Source: a virus
Direction: 5' to 3' (one strand)
Virus record (IMG/VR): IMGVR_UViG_3300029319_009305
Span: 32,001 to 96,000 of that record
Length of the DNA: 64,000 nucleotides
The notes beneath the pieces are model-generated. The model ran no database searches and was not told where the DNA came from. It saw nothing but the letters and a program-made list of their open reading frames with translations. This document shows, in pieces, positions 35,727-45,943 of this stretch; the stretch's first letter is position 1, and each line of letters opens with the position of its first letter. A program made the position numbers and the translations under genes.

Positions 35727-36656
35727 GTGAAATTGTATATAAACAGATCAGTTATGAATAAACCATGGGGTGGTGGTGGACATTTTGTAACTAATTTTAC
35801 TAACTATATGAAAAGAAGGGGTCACGATGTTGTATTTAATTTTGTAAAAGATATTGATGTTATGTTACTTATAGACCCGAGACCTAGTGAATTAGGTTCG
35901 TCAATCAATGACGTCTTGCAGTATAAACATTATTTCCCTAAAACCAAAATAGTTCATAGGATTAATGAGTGTGATAAGAGAAAAAACACAAACTTTATTG
36001 ACGACTTAATAGTAAGATCAAATGAATATGCTGATGAGACAATATTTATAAGTCAATGGTTGAAAGACTATTTTTATGCTAAAGGTATCAATCGAGATAG
36101 TCATGTCATATACAACGGATGTAATACAGAACATTTTAAGCCTAGTGATAAATTATTTGATAATAAAAATGTAAAATTAGTGACTCATCATTGGTCTGAC
36201 AATTGGCTGAAAGGTTTTGATATATATACAAAAATAGATGAGTACATAACAAACAATAATTGTAATTTTGAATTTACTTATGTCGGGCGCTACAACAAGA
36301 ATTACAGTCCTAAATCAACAAGCATAGTAGAGCCACTTTATGGTGAAAGCTTAGGAGAGGAATTAAGAAATCATGACATATATGTAACAGCTTCTAGATT
36401 TGAACCCTGCGGTATGCATCATATTGAAGGGGCTGCTTCTGGACTTCCTGTATTGTATCATATTGATGGCGGGGGAATAAATGGATTATGCTCTTATCAT
36501 GGAGAATCCTTCAGTAATTTTGATGAATTTCTAGAAAAATTAAAACTATTGATAGACAATTATCAGAAGTTCAAGGACAAGATTGATTATAAGCGTCTGT
36601 GTGCAGAAAAATGTAGCGAAATGTATTGTAAAGTATTAGAAGAAATTATATTATAG
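35727..36656 (+). CDS. GT4 glycosyltransferase
   Basis: WGGG, IYNG, KGFD, SRFEPCGMHHIEGAASGLPV. Confidence 0.87.
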   Translation: MKLYINRSVMNKPWGGGGHFVTNFTNYMKRRGHDVVFNFVKDIDVMLLIDPRPSELGSSINDVLQYKHYFPKTKIVHRINECDKRKNTNFIDDLIVRSNEYADETIFISQWLKDYFYAKGINRDSHVIYNGCNTEHFKPSDKLFDNKNVKLVTHHWSDNWLKGFDIYTKIDEYITNNNCNFEFTYVGRYNKNYSPKSTSIVEPLYGESLGEELRNHDIYVTASRFEPCGMHHIEGAASGLPVLYHIDGGGINGLCSYHGESFSNFDEFLEKLKLLIDNYQKFKDKIDYKRLCAEKCSEMYCKVLEEIIL

Positions 36657-36671
36657 TGAAAAAAGGTTTTT

Positions 36672-37070
36672 ATGAGTGAAAAATTAATCTTTACTAATGG
36701 ATGTTTCGACATCATCCACCCAGGGCATATAAGTTTGTTAAAGTATGCAAAAAGTTTAGGTGGAAAATTGATAGTAGGTCTAAATAGTGATAATAGTATT
36801 AGACTAAACAAGGGTCCAAATAGACCTATTAATTGTGTGGATTATAGAAAGAATATTTTATTGGCAATTAGATATGTTGATGAAGTGGTGATATTTCATG
36901 AAAAAACGCCTTTCAACCTTATAAAAAAAATAAAACCAGATATAATTGTTAAAGGCGGTGACTACACCCCAGAAGAAGTTGTAGGAAAAGACATCGCAGA
37001 AATTAGGATATTTAAATATGTTGACGGGTACTCTACTACAAAAACAATTAAAAGTATTACTAATCGGTGA
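36672..37070 (+). CDS. heptose-1-phosphate nucleotidyltransferase (HldE/RfaE domain II, HldC)
   Basis: FTNGCFDIIHPGH, VGLNSD, KGPNRP, VKGGDY, GYSTT. Confidence 0.9.
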   Translation: MSEKLIFTNGCFDIIHPGHISLLKYAKSLGGKLIVGLNSDNSIRLNKGPNRPINCVDYRKNILLAIRYVDEVVIFHEKTPFNLIKKIKPDIIVKGGDYTPEEVVGKDIAEIRIFKYVDGYSTTKTIKSITNR

Positions 37071-37830
37071 GACGTGTATAGACTATTATGTTTATGGTAA
37101 CGTAAAAAAGAATTACATTGAATCAAAACTATGTAGTGATTCAGCCCCTGTTTTTAATGTCATCAAATCAGAAAAGAAAATGGGAATGGCTTCTAATGTT
37201 TTTGAGAGCATCAAATCTTTAAAATGTGATATAACTTTTCTAACAAACAAAGTCCCCATTGTTAAAAAAAGGTTTATAGAAAATACTTCTGAAAAACATT
37301 ATTTAAGAGCTGACTTTGATGATAAATGTCAACCGCTTAGTTTGAAAAAATTAAAAAAAATAAACTTAAAAAGCTTTGATTATATTGTTTTTTCTGATTA
37401 TAACAAGGGATTAGTGACTCAAGAGGTTATAACTTACGTGGTCAAAAATTTTAAAGGCCTTATTTTTGTTGATTCAAAAAAAATTAATTTAAAAAGCTAT
37501 GATAACTGTGTAATTAAAATAAACAACCACGAATTCAATAAGGTTGAAATATTCCCAGATAATTTTAAACTAATAGTAACAAGAGGCAAAGAAGGCGCGA
37601 CATATGAAGGAGTAGTCTTTCCAATTTATGATGTCGATAATGTTATAGACATATGTGGAGCTGGTGATAATTTCTTAGCAGGATTATCTTATCTTTTTTA
37701 TCATACAAAAGATATGGATACTTCAATTAATTTTGCTAATTATTGTGCAGCAACTTGTCTAGATACAGTAGGCGTTAAGCCTTTTTCATCTGATGATATT
37801 GATTACTACTTTAAAAATTTTTTAATTTAG
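37018..37830 (+). CDS. heptose-7-phosphate kinase (HldE/RfaE domain I, PfkB family)
   Basis: GETCIDYYVYG, SDYNKG, VDSK, DICGAGD. Confidence 0.85.
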   Translation: MLTGTLLQKQLKVLLIGETCIDYYVYGNVKKNYIESKLCSDSAPVFNVIKSEKKMGMASNVFESIKSLKCDITFLTNKVPIVKKRFIENTSEKHYLRADFDDKCQPLSLKKLKKINLKSFDYIVFSDYNKGLVTQEVITYVVKNFKGLIFVDSKKINLKSYDNCVIKINNHEFNKVEIFPDNFKLIVTRGKEGATYEGVVFPIYDVDNVIDICGAGDNFLAGLSYLFYHTKDMDTSINFANYCAATCLDTVGVKPFSSDDIDYYFKNFLI

Positions 37831-37860
37831 TTGTAATAGTTTTTTTATTTTTGTTATAAT
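37831..37860 (+). promoter_or_regulatory. sigma70-like promoter
   Basis: TTGTAA-N18-TATAAT before AGGAG and ATG 37880. Confidence 0.5.
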
Positions 37861-37879
37861 CTAATTTAGGAGAAATAAA

Positions 37880-38776
37880 ATGAAAGACTTAGTATCGATA
37901 TGTCTACACACAGGAAAAATAGAAAATATTTTAATGTTTCAAAATGCAATTAAATCTTTTGTTGCTAACAATACTTATCCTGCTGTTGAACTGGTCTTAA
38001 TAGAATCAAGTCAAAATAAAAAAGTTAGATCATGGATAGATAATCTAGATTTAAATAATTTTGTAAATTTTGATGGCACTAGTTCGTTAGTCAAACCTAG
38101 TCCCGATGTTAACATACAACTTTTAAAAATTTATAGTGATTTTGAAGATTTTTATGACCAGAAAACAGGTGATAAAATGTGGTGGGTTCCCTTTATCAAA
38201 TCTTTAGATAAAGCTCTAGATCAGTCTAACGGAAAGTATTTTACCTATCTTGCTGAGGATATACAATTCGTCGTAAAGGGAGATGTAATATCAGATTACA
38301 TTCAGATACTAAAAAAAGAAGGTGAAGAAAACTCAATGATTCACTTTGTTACCCAACATATGTACAAATATCTTAAAAATAATAACAGATATGAAGGTCC
38401 TTATTTTATTAATGATGTAAAATATTACAAGCCTGTTGAGGTTAAATGGGATTTGAATGTTTTCTGCAATAAGAATCTCATATACGAAAAATTAGGTCCT
38501 ATTGTTGATTGGAACATTATGCACGGTATGAATGAAAACTATACAAAAATCTCTAGAGAGATTGGTTTGAAAAGATATTACCCAGAAATATTTCCTGCTA
38601 TGTGGTTTCACAATAATCATAAAAGTGAGTTATTGAAGATATTATCAGAAAATAATAAAAAAAATTCTGATTACTTGCTTTTTGAATCACACAGTCATGA
38701 ATCAATAAAAGAAGCATGTAAGAGTGCTACCCGCCCACTAAGCACGGAAGATTTCCAAAAAGTTAATTTAAAATGA
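37880..38776 (+). CDS. GT2-like protein
   Basis: LVSIC, YPAVELVLIE, GKYFTYLAEDIQF resemble a GT-A fold. Confidence 0.55.
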   Translation: MKDLVSICLHTGKIENILMFQNAIKSFVANNTYPAVELVLIESSQNKKVRSWIDNLDLNNFVNFDGTSSLVKPSPDVNIQLLKIYSDFEDFYDQKTGDKMWWVPFIKSLDKALDQSNGKYFTYLAEDIQFVVKGDVISDYIQILKKEGEENSMIHFVTQHMYKYLKNNNRYEGPYFINDVKYYKPVEVKWDLNVFCNKNLIYEKLGPIVDWNIMHGMNENYTKISREIGLKRYYPEIFPAMWFHNNHKSELLKILSENNKKNSDYLLFESHSHESIKEACKSATRPLSTEDFQKVNLK

Positions 38777-38783
38777 GTAGAGA

Positions 38784-39788
38784 ATGACAAAAGCTTTGAT
38801 AACAGGTATAACGGGAATGGTTGGTTCCCACCTAGCTGATTTTTTGATTGAAAATACTGATTGGGAAGTCCATGGGCTTATGCGATGGAATGAAGATACA
38901 AAAAATATTCATCACTTATCAAAATTAATTAATGAGAAAAATAGAGTTTTTTTACATAATGGTGACTTAAATGACTTGGCTAGTTTAAATCATATAGTAT
39001 CAAAAATACAGCCAGAGTATGTTTTTCATCTTGCAGCCCAAAGCTACCCAAAGACTAGTTTTGATTCTCCAATTGAAACTTTAGAAACTAATATAGTTGG
39101 AACCTGTAAACTGCTCGAGTCTTTAAGAAGCTTTAAAAAAGACGCAATTATTCACGTTTGTGCAAGTTCAGAAATATTTGGAAGAGTATCTAAAGAAAAT
39201 TTACCGATAACAGAGGATGTTACTTTCCACCCGGCTTCGCCTTATGCAATATCAAAAGTTGGAACTGATTTACTAGGAAGATTCTATGCTGAAGCTTACG
39301 GTATGTGTGTTATGACCACAAGAATGTTTACTCATACTGGGCCCAGACGTGGAGATGTTTTTGCTGAATCAACTTTTGCAAAGCAAATAGCAATGATTGA
39401 AGAGGGCTTAATTCCACCAGTAGTTAAAGTTGGTAATTTAGAATCTTTAAGAACTTGGGCCGATGTAAGAGACGCTGTTCGTGCTTATTACATGCTCGTC
39501 ACAGAAAATCCAGTTCCTGGGCAGTATTATAATATTGGAGGAACTTATTCTTGCACAATTAAAAGCATGTTGGAATTTTTAATAAGCCAGTCAAAAGTTG
39601 ATATCACCGTTGAAATAGAAAAGGATAGACTAAGACCCATTGATGCTGATTTGCAAGTACCTGATACAACAAAATTTGAAAATCATACTGGGTGGAAACC
39701 TAAGATAAGTTTTGAAAAGACTATGATTGATTTATTAAATTACTGGAGATCTAGGGTCAAGAGTAATAGAGAATTTTTAGTAAGATAA
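38784..39788 (+). CDS. GDP-heptose/GDP-mannose 4,6-dehydratase, DmhA/DdahA-like
   Basis: MRW, HLAAQSYPKTSF, SPYAISK, THTGPRRGDVF, STFAKQIAMIE, RLRPIDAD closely recall Yersinia DmhA. Confidence 0.82.
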   Translation: MTKALITGITGMVGSHLADFLIENTDWEVHGLMRWNEDTKNIHHLSKLINEKNRVFLHNGDLNDLASLNHIVSKIQPEYVFHLAAQSYPKTSFDSPIETLETNIVGTCKLLESLRSFKKDAIIHVCASSEIFGRVSKENLPITEDVTFHPASPYAISKVGTDLLGRFYAEAYGMCVMTTRMFTHTGPRRGDVFAESTFAKQIAMIEEGLIPPVVKVGNLESLRTWADVRDAVRAYYMLVTENPVPGQYYNIGGTYSCTIKSMLEFLISQSKVDITVEIEKDRLRPIDADLQVPDTTKFENHTGWKPKISFEKTMIDLLNYWRSRVKSNREFLVR

Positions 39789-39800
39789 TAGGAGGTAAAT

Positions 39801-41336
39801 TTGGATGTTTTATTTATAAATCCTGGCAATGCCAGCGGAATATATCAAGATCTATCTGAGGTCTATTCGGCAATTGAGACGCCTACGTGGTCCTTACTTT
39901 TAGCCCAATCTTGTAGATCTGTCGGATATAAGGTTGGGATATTTGATGTTAACGCAGAAAGAATTAGTACAGAATTAGCAGTTGAAAGGGTAAAATCAAT
40001 CAATCCTAAGCTAGTTTGTTTTGCTGTATACGGACAAAATCCTAATGCAGGTACAGTTAATATGGCTGGTACAGTTATGCTCGCTTCTGCTCTTAAAAAA
40101 GCCGGATTTGAAAACCCAATATCAGTTGTTGGTTCTCACGTACAAGCGCTTCCTTATGAAACTCTGGTTAGAGAAAAAGATGTTATAGATATTATTTTTA
40201 CAAATGAAGGTGTGTATTCTCTTTGGAATATATTGACTTTGAAAGATTTAAAAGACAAAGAAAGGCTTAAGGAAATAAAGGGTATTGGGTTTATGTACAA
40301 TGGTAAGCCCCACTTGACACCCGTTGAAAAACTAGTCCCCCAGGATAAGATGGATGATCACTTACCCGGGTATGCTTGGGATTTACTTCCCTACAAAGAA
40401 AAGCCTTTAGACATGTATAGGGCACATTTTTGGCATGCTGAATATGATCATGAAAAAAGAACACCCTTTGCTACACTATACACGTCCCTGGGATGTCCTT
40501 TTAAGTGTAATTTCTGCATGATTAATATTTTAAATAGAAACGATCATGATCCAATTGGTGATGCGGCCAACTATTCCAAGATGAGACATTGGAGTCCAAA
40601 GTTTATTATAACAGAGTTTGATAAGCTGGTTGGTATGGGTGTAAAAACGCTTAGAATCGCTGATGAAATGTTTTTGCTTAAAAAGAAGTATTACGTAGAA
40701 TTATGTAATCTTTTAAAAGAAAGAGGTCACGGAGATATTCTTAAGATGTGGGCTTACTCTAGAGTTGATACTATTGCAAATCCCAAAAATTTAAAACTTC
40801 TGAAAGAGGCTGGAATTCATTGGTTGGGTATTGGCATTGAAAGCGCAGATAAAGATGTGAGATTAGAAGTAACAAAAGGTAAGTTTGAAAACGTCAACAT
40901 TAAAGAAATAGTGAAAAGAGTTCAAGATGCAGGATTGGGAATTATAGCAAACTATCTTTTTGGTCTTACAGGGGATTCAATGGAAACCATGCAAAAAACT
41001 TTAGATTTAAGTTTGGAGTTGAATACTATAGCGGCAAACATGTACACAGTAATGGCTTTGCCAGGAAGTAGAGTTTATAAAGATGCTGTTTTAGAGGGTA
41101 ATGAGATTCCTGAAGATTATCAAGGTTATTCTTTTCATTCTTATGAAACAAAACCCCAACCAACAAGACATCTAACGTCAGAACAGATACTGCGATTTAG
41201 AGATGAAGCTTGGCATGCTTACCATACAAACCCAGCATTCTTAGAAAAGATTGAAAATTTACATGGTAAGCATATAAGAAAAAACATAGAAGATCAAGCA
41301 AAAATAAAACTAAAGAGAAAAATCTTAGGAGACTGA
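39801..41336 (+). CDS. cobalamin-dependent radical SAM protein
   Basis: N-terminal B12-binding domain; TSLGCPFKCNFC; IADE; GIESA. Confidence 0.9.
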   Translation: MDVLFINPGNASGIYQDLSEVYSAIETPTWSLLLAQSCRSVGYKVGIFDVNAERISTELAVERVKSINPKLVCFAVYGQNPNAGTVNMAGTVMLASALKKAGFENPISVVGSHVQALPYETLVREKDVIDIIFTNEGVYSLWNILTLKDLKDKERLKEIKGIGFMYNGKPHLTPVEKLVPQDKMDDHLPGYAWDLLPYKEKPLDMYRAHFWHAEYDHEKRTPFATLYTSLGCPFKCNFCMINILNRNDHDPIGDAANYSKMRHWSPKFIITEFDKLVGMGVKTLRIADEMFLLKKKYYVELCNLLKERGHGDILKMWAYSRVDTIANPKNLKLLKEAGIHWLGIGIESADKDVRLEVTKGKFENVNIKEIVKRVQDAGLGIIANYLFGLTGDSMETMQKTLDLSLELNTIAANMYTVMALPGSRVYKDAVLEGNEIPEDYQGYSFHSYETKPQPTRHLTSEQILRFRDEAWHAYHTNPAFLEKIENLHGKHIRKNIEDQAKIKLKRKILGD

Positions 41337-41337
41337 G

Positions 41338-42174
41338 TTGAATAAAATTAAATTATTAGAGCAGAAAGCAGGTCAGCTTAGAAAGGATCTTTTTGAAATG
41401 TGTGTTAATGCTGGACATGGTCATTTATCATCTGGATTATCTTGCACTGATATTCTTACTTCCTTATTTTACGGGAATCATTTAGTGCATAATCCATCGA
41501 ATCCTAATTGGAAAGATAGAGATAGATTTTTTTTAAGTAAAGGTCACGCGGCAATTATTCTATACGTTGTTTTAGCTGATCGAGGCTATTTTCCCAAGGA
41601 AGATCTTCAGAATTTCTCACAAAGAGATGGAAAATTCAGCATACATTTGCAAAAAGACGTCCCTGGAGCCGAAATATCGGCAGGTTCACTGGGCCATGGA
41701 TTTGGTATCGCTGTAGGGTCTGCATTAGCAGCTAAACTGGATAGAAAACTTCATCTCAATTATGCCCTGCTAGGTGACGGTGAAACTTATGAAGGATCAG
41801 TTTGGGAAGGTGCTATGTTTGCCGCACATCATAAGTTAAATAATCTTGTTGCAATAATTGATAGAAATTATCAGTGCACTCTTGATTTTACTGAAAATTT
41901 ATTAAGACTGGAGCCGCTTGAAGATAAATGGAGATCTTTTGGCTGGCGTGTTAAGAGGATTAATGGTCACTGCATGAAAGAGTTAGATAAAGCATTTTTG
42001 GACATTAGAAGAAGACCTGATGATAAACCAACTGTTATTATTGCTGACACTATCAAAGGAAAAGGTATAGAACACCTTTCACATAAGCCCTTAAGTCACG
42101 GAAGAACACCTAAATCTGACAAGGAAATAACAATGTGTAGAAGTCAATTAGAAGAAGGTTTGAAAAATGAGTAA
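41338..42174 (+). CDS. transketolase, N-terminal (TPP-binding) subunit
   Basis: GHLSSGLS, RDRFFLSKGH, GSLGHG, LGDGE, IDRN. Confidence 0.92.
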   Translation: MNKIKLLEQKAGQLRKDLFEMCVNAGHGHLSSGLSCTDILTSLFYGNHLVHNPSNPNWKDRDRFFLSKGHAAIILYVVLADRGYFPKEDLQNFSQRDGKFSIHLQKDVPGAEISAGSLGHGFGIAVGSALAAKLDRKLHLNYALLGDGETYEGSVWEGAMFAAHHKLNNLVAIIDRNYQCTLDFTENLLRLEPLEDKWRSFGWRVKRINGHCMKELDKAFLDIRRRPDDKPTVIIADTIKGKGIEHLSHKPLSHGRTPKSDKEITMCRSQLEEGLKNE

Positions 42175-43129
42175 AGAAAGAAACTTTATTGTAGCAAATC
42201 AGCACATGAGCCAGCGTGATGTTTTTTGGTCTAGAATTGGTGAAATGATGAAGGACGACAATGATATTGTAATCGTCACTGCTGATATGGGTACACCTGC
42301 TTTTGATAATATAAGAACTAGATTTCCCAAAAGATTCATAAATGTAGGAATTGCTGAACAAAATTGCATATCAGTTGCTGCTGGTTTAGCAAGGGAAGGC
42401 AAAAAACCTTACATCTTTAATATTGCAACTTTTGCAATTTTAAGAGGATTAGAACAAATTAAAGTAGGGGTTTCTATCATGGATTTGCCTGTTACCATTG
42501 TAGGGACAGGAACAGGTTTTAGTTACGACGATGCTGGACCAACTCATCACCTTTTTGAAGATATTGCTATAGTCAGATCAATGCCACATATTAAAATAAA
42601 TAGTGTAAGTGATAACGTAATGGCAAAAAAAATAGCCGAGTCATCTCGTCACATGAAAAAGGCAAACTATGTTAGGCTGGAAAGGCATATTAACCCAAAT
42701 ATTTACGGAGAAGAAACTGATTTTAGTAAAGGTTACCAAATAGTGAAACCGGGTAAAAAAGTCTGTGTTATTTCTAATGGTTTTATGCTTTGGAAGTGTT
42801 TTAAACTTAAGGAAGACTTAAAAGAAAGTGGAATAGATTTATGCGTGATTGATCTTCATAATTATCCTTGTGAAGAGGACAAGTTAACAGAAGAATTGTC
42901 ACTTTTTGATTCGATCATAACAGTAGAAGAAAATTTCTTACCAGGCGGTATGGGTAGTTATGTAATGGAAATTCTTTGTGACAGACAAATTCATAAGAAA
43001 ATAAAAAGATTTGGTCTTAAACAAGAATGGATATATCGATACGGTGGAAGAGAACATAATCACGAATATCACGAAATAGACTACGTAACAATACTGAAAG
43101 AAACAAAAAACTTTCTAGGGGTAAATTAA
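42167..43129 (+). CDS. transketolase, C-terminal subunit
   Basis: TADMG, RFINVGIAEQN, GPTHH, ITVEE. Confidence 0.92.
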   Translation: MSKERNFIVANQHMSQRDVFWSRIGEMMKDDNDIVIVTADMGTPAFDNIRTRFPKRFINVGIAEQNCISVAAGLAREGKKPYIFNIATFAILRGLEQIKVGVSIMDLPVTIVGTGTGFSYDDAGPTHHLFEDIAIVRSMPHIKINSVSDNVMAKKIAESSRHMKKANYVRLERHINPNIYGEETDFSKGYQIVKPGKKVCVISNGFMLWKCFKLKEDLKESGIDLCVIDLHNYPCEEDKLTEELSLFDSIITVEENFLPGGMGSYVMEILCDRQIHKKIKRFGLKQEWIYRYGGREHNHEYHEIDYVTILKETKNFLGVN

Positions 43130-43656
43130 TGAGGTTTGATATAGCTGTAAAAAATTCGGAAATATTGCCAGAGATTAAATTGTTTAAACCATCAGTAGGG
43201 GGAGACTCTAGAGGTGAAATATGGACAATATGGGAAAAAGAAAATGTGTTACCTCGTCATTTAAGTTTTAACTTGTGTAAATTTACCAAGTCGACAAAAG
43301 GTGTGCTTAGAGGTCTTCATGGATGTTATAATACTTGGAAGTATATGAGCGTTCCCCAGGGAGAAGTATTCTTTGCTGTGGTTGACATTAGAAAAAACTC
43401 ACCTAATTACTTAAAATATCAAACATACATTTTAAACGAAGAAAATCACAATGGAGTACTTGTTCCACCCGGGTTTGCAAATGGACACCTTTGTTTAAGT
43501 GAGTCTTGTCTCTATCATTATATGATGTCATATGAGGGTGACTATATAGAACCACATGAACAAGTAGTTATAACTTGGAATGATAAAAGATTAAATATCC
43601 CATGGCCGACAGAAAACCCAACACTTTCTAAAAGAGATATGGAGAGTAACATATAA
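43129..43656 (+). CDS. rmlC: NDP-4-keto sugar 3,5-epimerase (RmlC family)
   Basis: DSRG, GVLRGLH, VDIR, VPPGFANG, WND...IPWP, LSKRD. Confidence 0.88.
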   Translation: MRFDIAVKNSEILPEIKLFKPSVGGDSRGEIWTIWEKENVLPRHLSFNLCKFTKSTKGVLRGLHGCYNTWKYMSVPQGEVFFAVVDIRKNSPNYLKYQTYILNEENHNGVLVPPGFANGHLCLSESCLYHYMMSYEGDYIEPHEQVVITWNDKRLNIPWPTENPTLSKRDMESNI

Positions 43657-44036
43657 TGAAACATGCAGTAAGATATGAACCTAGAGTTTTTGTAGATACA
43701 CTTAGCGATGGACGTGGAGGTATATTTAACTGGGTGCCAGAATTCAACATCAAAGAATTTAATTTTTTATTTTGGAATAAAGGTGCAGATAGAGGTGATC
43801 ATTATCATCCACACTTTCACGAGTACATGCTCTTAACATCAGGTGAGGGAGTCTCAATATCGGGTGAAGAAGAAAACAAAAAAACAATATATCTTTCAAA
43901 GGGACATTGCTTGTATGTTCCAAAAGGTGTTGTACATGTATTTCATGCGATAACAGATTGCACCGCTGTAAGCTTTTTAAGCGAGGAATGGGACTTATCA
44001 AATCCACCTATAATATATCAAAGGGTTGAAAAATGA
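43656..44036 (+). CDS. cupin, WxcM/FdtA-like sugar isomerase
   Basis: DGRG, RGDHYH, VPKGVVHVF. Confidence 0.7.
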   Translation: MKHAVRYEPRVFVDTLSDGRGGIFNWVPEFNIKEFNFLFWNKGADRGDHYHPHFHEYMLLTSGEGVSISGEEENKKTIYLSKGHCLYVPKGVVHVFHAITDCTAVSFLSEEWDLSNPPIIYQRVEK

Positions 44037-44725
44037 AAAAAATAGCAATAATTGGAGCAAGCGGATTTGTAGGTTCAGCATTGTGCAGACAAGGAAAAGA
44101 TAAATTTGAAATAACAAGTGTCACAAGAAAAAATTTTTTAGAATGTAAAAATAAAAAATACGATATAGTAATCAATTCAGCTATGCCTTCTAGAAGATTT
44201 TGGGCTCTAAATAATCCAGTTTCAGACGTGATGGAATCTGTGGTTAAAACAGCAGAAATATTTTACGAATGGAAATATGATAAATTCATTCAAATAAGTT
44301 CAATTTCTGCACAAATACAAACAGACATTCCATATGGCGCGCACAAGAAGGCCGCTGAGGCGATTGTTGAACAAAATAAAGATGCAATGATTGTACGTCT
44401 AGGAGCTCTTTATGGAGAGGGTCTAGCAAAAAGCGCTTTGTTTGATTTAGTAAATCATAATCATATCTATGTTGATATAAGAAGTGAATACAACTATATA
44501 GACGTGGATTACGCAGCAAATTGGATTTTCAATAATTTGGAAAAAAATGGAATAAGGGAGGTCGGTGCTTATGACACGGTATCACTTTTAGAATTATCAT
44601 CAGGAATTTGGGATAACCCTACATATGAAGGAAGATTTGAAAAAATACACACAGATAATGTAGAATATGGTATGCCTAGTGCAAAAAAAGTCTTAAATTA
44701 TATAAACTTATTAAAAAGGGAGTGA
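44033..44725 (+). CDS. NAD-dependent sugar reductase/epimerase (SDR)
   Basis: GASGFVG; ISS; YGAHK; RLGALYG. Confidence 0.82.
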   Translation: MKKIAIIGASGFVGSALCRQGKDKFEITSVTRKNFLECKNKKYDIVINSAMPSRRFWALNNPVSDVMESVVKTAEIFYEWKYDKFIQISSISAQIQTDIPYGAHKKAAEAIVEQNKDAMIVRLGALYGEGLAKSALFDLVNHNHIYVDIRSEYNYIDVDYAANWIFNNLEKNGIREVGAYDTVSLLELSSGIWDNPTYEGRFEKIHTDNVEYGMPSAKKVLNYINLLKRE

Positions 44726-44727
44726 AG

Positions 44728-45135
44728 ATGGAAAGAAAGTATTTACCAACGCTATCAGAATTAATAGATAGACTTTCGATAGCGCAACTCAAGGAAGTGT
44801 TTATTACTAATCACAAAGAGGAGTATGCAAAAGAAATAGATGACATATGCCATGATATTAACATTATTCTTAGTCAAACGAAAACTATTGATGCAAAAAC
44901 TATTAGAGCCATTGTTGTGCTTTCCCAGATGAATTTGCACATTTGGCATAATGAATCAAATTATAGAAAGGGAATTAAGGAAGGCAATAATCTTGAACTA
45001 ACCCATGGTTTAAATGGAATACGAAATACTGCTAAAAATAAAATACAAGAAATTATTGGAGGTAGAAAAGATTATAAGATTGATTGCTTGGCAGCAGAAT
45101 TTAAAGATTGGGAAGTGAGTTGGAAAAATGAATAA
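44728..45135 (+). CDS. conserved helical protein of sugar clusters (DUF4254/DUF6165-like)
   Basis: SELIDRLSIAQLKE, NLHIWHNE, NGIRN. Confidence 0.55.
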   Translation: MERKYLPTLSELIDRLSIAQLKEVFITNHKEEYAKEIDDICHDINIILSQTKTIDAKTIRAIVVLSQMNLHIWHNESNYRKGIKEGNNLELTHGLNGIRNTAKNKIQEIIGGRKDYKIDCLAAEFKDWEVSWKNE

Positions 45136-45943
45136 CAAAGATTTATATGAAGTAATTAAAAATCACAAAGACGAAACAAGAGAAGCTTATAGTGATGGAA
45201 CAATAAAAGATTTGCAAGATTTAAATTCTTCTAAATACGAGAGAATCGAAATAAATTTTCCATGGGGTGTTAGAAGGTGTTTACAGAAAAAAAGTCAAAA
45301 AGATTACCTGCTAATTCAGAAAGCTAGAGGGGGAAGTGTAACTTTAGAAGAAGAAGTTTCAATTGAAGAAGATTTAGCGATGGCAAAAGAAAGTTTAGAT
45401 AAAATAAAAGAAATAGATAGAATTAGAATAGAAGAATTAGATTTTCTTGTTGAATCAAATATTTTAAATCTACCTAAAGATGCAATTTTTGCTGAATTAG
45501 GATTTAGAAGCGGAAAACTCTTAAAATATTATATTGAAAACTATAATATGGAAGCTTACGGTTACGATGTAATTGATTCTAATGTTGCTGTTGCAAAATG
45601 TTTGGGTTTCAATGCATTGCTATATGACTTCAATGATTGTTCAAAAGAATTAGATTTAAAAAATGCAGACTTAGTTGTCTCTTACCACATGTTAGAACAT
45701 GTCACAAATCCTTTTGATTCTGTTAAGAAAATATATGAAAGCATGAAAAATAAATCATACTTTCACGTTGAAATACCTTTAGAACCAAATGGCCCGAATA
45801 TACGTTATTGCCACATGTACCCCTTTCATCAAGGTGACATGCTACAGATGCTGCAACAGTCAGGTTTCACAGTTCTAACATATAACAATAAAGTACAGGT
45901 AGGAGGACCTCAAGTTGAAAGATACCTTGCAATTAAAAACTAA
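45128..45943 (+). CDS. class I SAM methyltransferase
   Basis: ELGFRSG; YHMLEHV; VEIP. Confidence 0.8.
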   Translation: MNNKDLYEVIKNHKDETREAYSDGTIKDLQDLNSSKYERIEINFPWGVRRCLQKKSQKDYLLIQKARGGSVTLEEEVSIEEDLAMAKESLDKIKEIDRIRIEELDFLVESNILNLPKDAIFAELGFRSGKLLKYYIENYNMEAYGYDVIDSNVAVAKCLGFNALLYDFNDCSKELDLKNADLVVSYHMLEHVTNPFDSVKKIYESMKNKSYFHVEIPLEPNGPNIRYCHMYPFHQGDMLQMLQQSGFTVLTYNNKVQVGGPQVERYLAIKN

